From the NCBI GenBank assembly GCA_035510735.1, contig DATKGN010000002.1:3275-67274 (forward strand): 64,000 nucleotides of DNA, written 5' to 3'. The notes beneath the pieces were generated by a model. The model did not search any database. It saw only the letters and a list, made by a program, of their open reading frames with translations, and had not been told where the DNA came from. Of this stretch, positions 57,399 to 64,000 are shown piece after piece (position 1 is the first letter of the stretch; each line of letters starts with the position of its first letter). Source of the DNA: Patescibacteria group bacterium. Its GTDB lineage: Bacteria; Patescibacteriota; Microgenomatia; UBA10105; UBA927. Made by a program: the position numbers and the translations under genes.

Positions 57399-57463
57399 AT
57401 TTGTGTTTTTGAGGCTATAATTTGGTACAATCTTGTAATAACCGGTAAAGAAGGAGGAATTAT

Positions 57464-59467
57464 ATGAATTATGTAGCTCTGTCAATTATTTCTGGATTTG
57501 CAGCTGTCGTGTACGGACTTATTTTGTCGCAAAACATCATTAAACTCCCCATGGGCACACCGGATATGAACGAAATTGCCCATGCAATTGCCGAAGGAGC
57601 CCAGGCGTTTCTCCGACGCCAATATAAGACCATCGGTCTGTTATCGGTGTTTATCGTTATTCTTCTCGGATTCTCGCTCGGCTGGGTGTCGGCGCTTGCA
57701 TTTGCCCTAGGCGCCGCCTGTTCTGCCACGGCCGGATTTATCGGCATGAATATAGCGGTACGGGCAAACATCAGAACGTCACAGGCTGCCAAAAAGGGTC
57801 TCGCGCAGGCGCTTTCCGTCGCATTCTCAGGAGGAGCGGTTACCGGCCTTATGGTTGCGGGTCTTGCGCTCCTTTCGGTTTCCGTTATGTATCTTATTCT
57901 TACCCATGTCGGAGGCGCGGTCCTTGACCTTAAGCCGCTTGTTGCTTTGGGATTCGGAGGGTCGCTTATTTCTGTATTTGCCCGTTTGGGCGGCGGCATA
58001 TACACAAAAGGCGCCGATGTCGGGACTGATATGGTAGGCAAAATTGAAAAAGGAATCCCCGAAGATGATCCACGGAATCCCGGAGTTATAGCCGATCTTG
58101 TCGGTGATAATGTCGGAGACGATGCCGGGATGGCCGCGGACTTATTTGAAACCTATGTCGTCACTGCAGTTGCCGCCATTCTTTTGGGACATCTCCTTAT
58201 GCCGACGTTTGGCAATGCTCTGCTTTTCCCCCTGGTCGTAGGCGCAGGCGGCATCGTCGCATCAATCATCGGCACGTTCGCCGTGCGACTCGGGAAAGAC
58301 AAAAAAATCATGCCCGCATTGTACCGAGGGTTACTCGCGGCATCGGGCATCTCCGCTGTGTTATTTTATTTCATTACACACAGTCTGATGGCGGCAAATG
58401 GCGTATACCCAACGTTTAATCTGTTCCTCGCGAGTCTTATAGGTATCGTTGTGACGGTCGGGATGGTCGGCATTACGGAATTTTACACATCCAAAAGCTA
58501 CGCTGCAGTGAAGCACCTTGCGGATGCATCAAATACCGGCCACGGGACAAACATCATCGCGGGGCTTGCCCTTTCGATGAAATCGACGTTTGCACCGGTT
58601 ATTCTCATTTCTGCGGCCATCTTTGTCGCATTCGGATTGGCAGGGCTCTATGGTGTCGCGGTTGCTGCGATGGCCATGTTGTCCTTAACCGCGATCGTCG
58701 TCTCAATTGACGCGTTCGGTCCTATTACGGATAATGCCGGGGGCATCGCAGAGATGACCAATCAACCCGCAGCGGTGCGGGATATTACCGACGCTCTTGA
58801 TGCCGTCGGCAATACGACAAAAGCTGTTACAAAGGCCTATGCCATCGCGTCCGCTGGCCTTGCAGCGCTTGTCTTATTTGCTAGCTACACGCAGGAATTG
58901 CATGGCCGGGCGGTATTTAAGCTTGACGACCCGATGGTGTTAATCGGATTATTCATCGGCGCGTCGCTTCCGTACGTTTTCGGAGCACTTGCCATGGAGG
59001 CTGTTGGAAAAGCGGCAGGAGCAGTCGTTATCGAGGTCCGCCGTCAATTTAAGACCATTAAGGGAATTATGGAGGGCAAAGCAAAACCGGAATACGGCAA
59101 AGCGGTCGATATCGTAACGCAAGCCGCACTCCACGAGATGATCGTGCCGGCGCTTATCCCGGTTGTCGCACCTATTCTCGTCGGATTCCTCCTTGGCTCA
59201 GCAGCCCTGGGCGGAATGCTGGTCGGAACCATCACGACCGGTCTTTTTGTCGGACTGTCTATGACGACCGGCGGAGCCGCGTGGGATAATGCGAAAAAGT
59301 ATATTGAGGAAGGCCACTTCGGAGGGAAAGGATCTCCTGCCCATCAGGCAGCAGTCACGGGAGACACCGTCGGAGACCCGTACAAAGATACAGCGGGTCC
59401 TGCCATCAACCCGATGATCAAAGTGGTCAACATCGTGGCGCTCTTGATCGCAGGGTTTATTCACTAA
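57464..59467 (+). CDS. hppA: Membrane-bound proton-translocating pyrophosphatase (K+-independent type)
   Basis: 667 aa with ~16 TM helices. The GNTTKA motif has Lys where K+-dependent enzymes have Ala. Strong SD GAAGGAGG. Confidence 0.9.
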   Translation: MNYVALSIISGFAAVVYGLILSQNIIKLPMGTPDMNEIAHAIAEGAQAFLRRQYKTIGLLSVFIVILLGFSLGWVSALAFALGAACSATAGFIGMNIAVRANIRTSQAAKKGLAQALSVAFSGGAVTGLMVAGLALLSVSVMYLILTHVGGAVLDLKPLVALGFGGSLISVFARLGGGIYTKGADVGTDMVGKIEKGIPEDDPRNPGVIADLVGDNVGDDAGMAADLFETYVVTAVAAILLGHLLMPTFGNALLFPLVVGAGGIVASIIGTFAVRLGKDKKIMPALYRGLLAASGISAVLFYFITHSLMAANGVYPTFNLFLASLIGIVVTVGMVGITEFYTSKSYAAVKHLADASNTGHGTNIIAGLALSMKSTFAPVILISAAIFVAFGLAGLYGVAVAAMAMLSLTAIVVSIDAFGPITDNAGGIAEMTNQPAAVRDITDALDAVGNTTKAVTKAYAIASAGLAALVLFASYTQELHGRAVFKLDDPMVLIGLFIGASLPYVFGALAMEAVGKAAGAVVIEVRRQFKTIKGIMEGKAKPEYGKAVDIVTQAALHEMIVPALIPVVAPILVGFLLGSAALGGMLVGTITTGLFVGLSMTTGGAAWDNAKKYIEEGHFGGKGSPAHQAAVTGDTVGDPYKDTAGPAINPMIKVVNIVALLIAGFIH

Positions 59468-59555
59468 AATACTTCGCGTGGGCGGTGCACGATTTGACAG
59501 CACCGTCACGTAGGGTATGGATCACGAAGCCGGAATATATAATGTTACTTGACGG

Positions 59556-59572
59556 GTGCGCAAATTGCGCAC
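59556..59572 (+). promoter_or_regulatory. 17-bp palindrome GTGCGCAA-A-TTGCGCAC in the gyrA 5' region
   Basis: Perfect 8-bp arms, ~13 nt downstream of a TATAAT box and 26 nt upstream of the gyrA ATG. Confidence 0.4.
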
Positions 59573-59597
59573 TGACCGAAGCGAATAATTATTAACT

Positions 59598-62117
59598 ATG
59601 GATATTGGAAAAATTAACCAATCGGAAGTCGTCGCTGAGATGCAGAAGTCGTATCTCGACTATGCTATGAGCGTCATCGTCGCGAGGGCGCTTCCCGACG
59701 TACGAGACGGCATGAAACCCGTCCACAGGCGCATCCTCTTCGCGATGCACCAGATGGGACTTCATCACACGTCAAAGTATAAAAAAAGTGCATCTGTTGT
59801 CGGAGAAGTGTTGGGTAAATACCATCCGCACGGTGACGCGCCGGTCTACGAGGCATTGGTCCGGCTTGCACAGGAATTTTCCATGCGCTATCGGCTCGTT
59901 GACGGCCAGGGAAACTACGGTTCCATTGACGGCGATCCTCCGGCAGCTATGCGGTACACCGAATGTCGGCTCGCAAGTATTGCCGATGAAATGCTTTTTG
60001 ACATCGAAAAGGAAACCGTCGACTTTATCCCGAACTTTGACGGCGCCATCGATGAGCCGGTCTATCTCCCAGCAAAGCTCCCAAATCTATTATTAATGGG
60101 CAGCGAGGGTATCGCCGTCGGTATGGCCACAAAAATTCCGCCGCATAACCTTTCCGAAGTCGTGGACGCCATCGTCCACCTTATCGCCAAAACAAAAGTT
60201 GAAAAACCGCAGAATTCGGCGAAAGCCGGCGATACAGCGTATGGAAAACCGGTCATGTCGTTTGATATCACGGTCGATGAGCTCATGGAACACATCCAGG
60301 GACCGGATTTCCCGACCGGCGGCGCGATCTATGACATCAATGAAATTAAAGCAGCCTACACGACCGGTCGCGGTAAAATCGTCATGCGGGGGAAGGCTGA
60401 AATCGAAGACATCGGAAACGGCAAGTCAGCAATAGCTATCACGGAGCTTCCGTATCAGGTCAATAAAGCGGTGTTGGTCGCACGAATCGCAGACCTTGTC
60501 CATGAGAAAAAACTCGAAGGCATATCAGACCTCCGGGATGAATCAGACCGCCGCGGTATCCGCGTGTACATAGAGCTTAAGCGCGACGCACGGCCAAAAC
60601 AAGTACTTAACAACCTATTTAAATATACGGCGCTCCAGACGACCTTCCCCGTCAATACTGTGGCACTTGTCGACAACACACCGCAAACCTGCTCCCTTAA
60701 ATTAATTTTGGAAGAATATGTGAAACATCGCCATGATGTCATACGGCGCCGGAGTGAATTTGAACTGCGTGAAGCCAAGGCCCGCGAACATATTCTTGAG
60801 GGATTAAAAATCGCTGTTGATCACATTGATGAAGTCATCGCCATTATCAAAAAGAGCAAAGATGCCGACGAAGCCAAACAGAAATTGATGAAGCGGTTCG
60901 GTCTCTCCGACATCCAGACCACCGCCATTTTGGACATGCAGCTCCGGAAGCTCGCAGCCCTTGAGCGCCAGAAAATCGAGGACGAACTTGCCATGATCCG
61001 CGAAACTATTGCGTACCTTAACGACCTTCTTTCCCACCCCGAAAAAATTCTCAAAGTCATAAAAGATGAAATCCTAAAGCTCAAAGAAAAATACGGCGAT
61101 GTCAGGAAAACCAAAGTCTATAAAAGCAAAGTCGGCGAATTCAGCGAGGAACAGCTTATTGCAAACGAAGATGTCATCATCACCATGAGCGAATCCGGCT
61201 ACATCAAGCGCCTTCCGCGAACGACATTTAAGATGCAGGAGCGGGGCGGTAAAGGCGTCATCGGCATGACGACCAAGGAAGAGGATACGATCGACAAGAT
61301 CATTACGGCGCAGACGCACGATAACATGCTCTTCATTACGGACAAGGGCCGGGTTTATCAGGTCCGCGTCTGGGATATCCCGGAGACATCGCGCCAGGCC
61401 AAGGGCCAGGCGGTTATAAACCTCATCAACACTGAATCAGGTGAGAAAGTGACCTCCGTATTAGCCTACACGCTCAAACGGCAGGAACAGAAGGAAAAGG
61501 GCGTCGGATTTATCATCATGGCCACGAAAAACGGGACGATCAAGAAATCCAAACTGTCAGAATATGAGAATATCAGACGAAGTGGCATCGTCGCTATCAA
61601 ACTGGAAAAGGGTGATGAGCTTGCGTGGGCAAAACTCACAAGCGGCGCAGATGACCTCCTTATCGTTTCGCATGACGGCAAGTCGATAAGATTCTCCGAG
61701 TCCGAGGTTCGTCCGACAGCGCGTGACACGATGGGCGTACGGGGAATACTCCTCAAGAGCCCGGACTTTGTCGTGAGCGTTGACGTCATAAATGATGAAA
61801 CCAGAAAAGGCGATTTCCTGACGGTCATGGAGAAGGGGATCGGCAAAAAAACGGCAATCAAGGACTTCCCGAAGCAGAAGCGGGGCGGTCAGGGCGTGAA
61901 AGTCGCGGAGGTGAAGGATAAGACGGGTAAAGTCGTCGTTTCCCAAATTGTCCCTGCGGAAACCGATAGTGTCATCCTCACGTCTATCAAAGGCCAGGTC
62001 GTGAAGCTTCCGATTAATTCAGTGCCGCGTCTCGGCCGGGCCACAAGCGGCGTCATCCTCATGCGCTTCGCCGATAAGGGCGACACTATTGCCGCCGCCA
62101 CCTGCCTCACAAAATAA
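59598..62117 (+). CDS. gyrA: DNA gyrase subunit A
   Basis: Active-site Tyr region, the QRDR-like motif ([11 protein letters not shown]) and a C-terminal beta-pinwheel. Confidence 0.95.
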   Translation: MDIGKINQSEVVAEMQKSYLDYAMSVIVARALPDVRDGMKPVHRRILFAMHQMGLHHTSKYKKSASVVGEVLGKYHPHGDAPVYEALVRLAQEFSMRYRLVDGQGNYGSIDGDPPAAMRYTECRLASIADEMLFDIEKETVDFIPNFDGAIDEPVYLPAKLPNLLLMGSEGIAVGMATKIPPHNLSEVVDAIVHLIAKTKVEKPQNSAKAGDTAYGKPVMSFDITVDELMEHIQGPDFPTGGAIYDINEIKAAYTTGRGKIVMRGKAEIEDIGNGKSAIAITELPYQVNKAVLVARIADLVHEKKLEGISDLRDESDRRGIRVYIELKRDARPKQVLNNLFKYTALQTTFPVNTVALVDNTPQTCSLKLILEEYVKHRHDVIRRRSEFELREAKAREHILEGLKIAVDHIDEVIAIIKKSKDADEAKQKLMKRFGLSDIQTTAILDMQLRKLAALERQKIEDELAMIRETIAYLNDLLSHPEKILKVIKDEILKLKEKYGDVRKTKVYKSKVGEFSEEQLIANEDVIITMSESGYIKRLPRTTFKMQERGGKGVIGMTTKEEDTIDKIITAQTHDNMLFITDKGRVYQVRVWDIPETSRQAKGQAVINLINTESGEKVTSVLAYTLKRQEQKEKGVGFIIMATKNGTIKKSKLSEYENIRRSGIVAIKLEKGDELAWAKLTSGADDLLIVSHDGKSIRFSESEVRPTARDTMGVRGILLKSPDFVVSVDVINDETRKGDFLTVMEKGIGKKTAIKDFPKQKRGGQGVKVAEVKDKTGKVVVSQIVPAETDSVILTSIKGQVVKLPINSVPRLGRATSGVILMRFADKGDTIAAATCLTK

Positions 62118-62128
62118 TCCGCTTATCT

Positions 62129-62797
62129 ATGACGTATATAGAGCAGCTGGAAAAAATGCCCATAATCAAAAAAGAGTTGGAAGATCCGGGGGGTGAGTAT
62201 TCCAGATTAGTGAATGAGGTGAAACAAATGGAGATTCACGAGCAATACCTCGCGGGAAACATAATAGTGATGGGTCAAGATAATGCGTTTCCTGAACGGT
62301 GTCTGTTATGTACCCCCGAAACGCGTTTTCAAAAACTGAACGAGGATGTTTCGAAACTCGTCTACGTTAGTCCCAGATCATCTAACTATAGCCCGGAGCC
62401 ATTTCTGCAACCAAAAACGCATATAGAAAACTTCCCTTCGCAAGAAGAATTGAAGGCGCTACCACACGGAGGAGTCGCATATTACTCGCTCGATACTATC
62501 GAATATGTCTTTAGAAACTACCTTCCTTCATCTTCTTTCAACGCCATTTTTGAATTCCAGTCCAAGGAAATCGGTGAACAGCTACGCACCGGCGTACTAG
62601 AATTCTCGTTGTGTTCCAAACTGAAACCCGGCGGAGTGTTTGTCGGCTCAGGTCACATGGACGAAAACTTGTATCGAGATCTGCAACAAAAAGGTATTCA
62701 AGGCATGGATGTTATTCAAGCCACACATTTGTCGGCTCTCTTCGGACACCCATTTCCCAACTACGTGGGAGTAATCTTACAAAAACCCCTCCAATAA
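62129..62797 (+). CDS. Hypothetical protein (paralog A of a duplicated gene pair)
   Basis: 222 aa with no recognisable family. Homologous along its whole length to the frameshifted gene 62917..63637 (IIVMGQDNAFPERCLLC, GGVAYYSL, GVFVGSGH). Confidence 0.55.
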   Translation: MTYIEQLEKMPIIKKELEDPGGEYSRLVNEVKQMEIHEQYLAGNIIVMGQDNAFPERCLLCTPETRFQKLNEDVSKLVYVSPRSSNYSPEPFLQPKTHIENFPSQEELKALPHGGVAYYSLDTIEYVFRNYLPSSSFNAIFEFQSKEIGEQLRTGVLEFSLCSKLKPGGVFVGSGHMDENLYRDLQQKGIQGMDVIQATHLSALFGHPFPNYVGVILQKPLQ

Positions 62798-62862
62798 CCG
62801 GCGGCGCCGTCCTCATGCACTTCGGCGATAAAGGATATACGATAGCCGCAGGACTTGCCTCA
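62794..62862 (+). repeat. Degenerate duplicate of the gyrA 3' end (~70 nt, ~75% identical to 62045-62117)
   Basis: Reads ITGGAVLMHFGDKGYTIAAGLAS against gyrA C-terminal [24 protein letters not shown], and keeps a shifted ...ctcaccaaataa ending. Confidence 0.55.
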
Positions 62863-62916
62863 CCAAATAACCCCGTAAGTTAGTCTAGGCTCACACAAAG
62901 GAAGAAAAGACACTCT

Positions 62917-63637
62917 TTGATGGATAATTCATTCAAAACCTATAATAATGATATGATCTTCTCCATGTCCATAAAACAGGAGGGTCAAACATACGTTCAG
63001 CAACTTTACGATAAGATTCAAGATGAGCCATACAAGGAGCAGTTCACGGATTTTTTAGGAACGATCGCCCGATTGAATATTGAGCCGTCACATATTCAGG
63101 GACCAATCGCCGTTATCGGTCAAGCACAATTTTTCCCGGAACGATCACTTCTGTGTTATGACGACAACTATGAAAACCTCAAACCTGAAATATCGTTTCT
63201 TGCATGTATAGATAGTTCATTTTTCAGCAACCCTGAACGCTCGCTGAACACACAAGTAACCATTCACCCAAATAGCAAAAAAAATTGAGTCTCTTCCTTA
63301 TGGGTCAGTAGCATATTACTCTTGGGGGGCAAAATATATTTTTGATACAGACCCCGGTATTGCTGATAATTCTTTTCATACTATTACGGCATTCCAAATA
63401 CAAAACCTTGGAGAACAGTTGGAAAACGGTTTACTAGAATCAATTAGTAGGGTATTACAATCAAACGGAGTCTTTATTGGATCGGGCGGGACACATGGGG
63501 ATTATTATCAGCGTATACAGCAACAAAATAACTTTCCCCTTCATTTTACTCAAATAGTTAATCTTCCGAATCCCGGCTATTCAGGCTATCTGTTTAACGA
63601 ACATATCGGAATAATAATGCAAAAAGGTAAAGAATAA
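62917..63637 (+). pseudogene. Frameshifted paralog of 62129..62797 (split into ORFs 62917..63288 and 63419..63637; shift inside the A8 tract at 63277-63284)
   Basis: The frame-1 ORF ends HPNSKKN*. Frame 2 continues open from 63260 as ...KKIESLPYGSVAYYSWGAKYIFDTDPGIADNSFHTITAFQIQNLGEQLENGLLESISRVLQSNGVFIGSGG..., colinear with paralog A (PHGGVAYYSL...IGEQLRTGVLEFSL...GGVFVGSGH). Confidence 0.6.
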
Positions 63638-63664
63638 CGGAGAGCCTCTATTGTATACTAGTGA

Positions 63665-64000
63665 TATGCGCATCGACGGAAAAGCACTTTCAGAGACCAT
63701 CATTACAAAGCTGACGGATACGGTAGCCAGGATAAAGAGCACCGGAGTAACGCCAACACTTGCGGTCATCCTTGTTGGGAATGATGAGGGGTCTGTTTCC
63801 TATATCCGCCAAAAGCAGAAGGCGGCCGAGAGAATAGGCGCCAAAGTGATCTTTGATCAGATGGAAAAAAGTACGACACCGGAAATTCTCGCTTCAGCGG
63901 TCGCCCACTATAATAATGACACGTCGGTTCACGGGCTTATCGTCCAGCGGCCGGTGCCCGTCGCGGGAGTAGGGGACATCCTTAATTCTGTAGCACCCGC
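63665..64000 (+). CDS. folD: Bifunctional methylenetetrahydrofolate dehydrogenase/cyclohydrolase, N-terminal part (runs off window end)
   Basis: MRIDGKALSETIITKLTDTVARIKSTGVTPTLAVILVGNDEGSVSYIRQKQKAAERIGAKV... is the canonical FolD N-terminus. Confidence 0.85.

Noticed and set aside
57469-58041. 190-aa minus-strand ORF antisense to hppA
   Set aside because: It is antisense to a well-supported, highly conserved H+-PPase gene. Its Pro/Ala/Arg-rich composition is typical of a shadow ORF.

Overview
This 64-kb window is a compact bacterial chromosome segment of moderate to low GC content. Genes are densely packed and many overlap by 4 nt. I cannot place the organism from sequence alone. Several features point to a small-genome monoderm bacterium: a sortase paired with an LAxTG substrate, type IV pilus genes without a secretin, GT-C glycosyltransferases and frequent leaderless starts.

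Layout of the window:
(1) 1-10.3 kb is an accessory, paralog-rich island. It holds a plasmid-type replication-relaxation gene (partial, at the window edge) and an IS1595 element inserted next to a 5'-truncated paralog of a GT-C (PMT/ArnT-like) glycosyltransferase. It also holds the intact GT-C gene, two tandem paralogous secreted glycoside-hydrolase-like genes, a sortase with an adjacent LAxTG-type substrate, a small SAM-methyltransferase, and a bacterial-PH-domain membrane protein.
(2) 10.3-18.5 kb starts with a TrpR-like (YerC/YecD-family) regulator flanked by a 26-bp palindrome. The core translation cluster thrS-infC-rpmI-rplT-pheS-pheT and coaBC follow.
(3) 18.5-21.1 kb carries PBP1A on the minus strand.
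(4) 21.1-30.3 kb is a complete shikimate and aromatic amino acid operon: DAHP synthase, aroB, aroQ, aroA, aroK, aroE, aroC, chorismate mutase, an aminotransferase and a TyrA-PheA fusion. tyrS follows.
(5) 31.7-36.3 kb holds recG, rpmF, nusB, rnc, rpsP, a KH-domain protein and trmD.
(6) 36.3-51.6 kb is a complete type IVa pilus locus on the minus strand, pilB-pilT-pilC-pilA ... pilD, six minor pilins, and pilM-pilN-pilO. Two GT-C glycosyltransferase genes lie inside it: a DUF2723/TMEM260-like gene directly downstream of pilA and a convergent YfhO-like gene.
(7) 51.7-62.1 kb holds holB, gpmA-pgk-gap (minus strand) and gyrB-hppA-gyrA.
(8) 62.1-63.6 kb is a tandem duplicated unit (gyrA 3' tail plus a hypothetical gene) whose second copy is frameshifted at an A8 tract. 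The start of folD follows.

I found no rRNA, tRNA or CRISPR arrays.

The most interesting signals are:
- the pilin-adjacent GT-C pair, which I read as a candidate pilin O-glycosylation system of a new family;
- two textbook-style leader-peptide attenuators, a 14-aa Phe-rich peptide upstream of pheST and a 26-aa peptide with five consecutive Tyr/Phe codons upstream of the whole aromatic pathway operon;
- a 26-bp palindrome present in three copies, two around the TrpR-like regulator gene and one in front of tyrS;
- a structured, terminator-containing thrS leader that may be a T-box.
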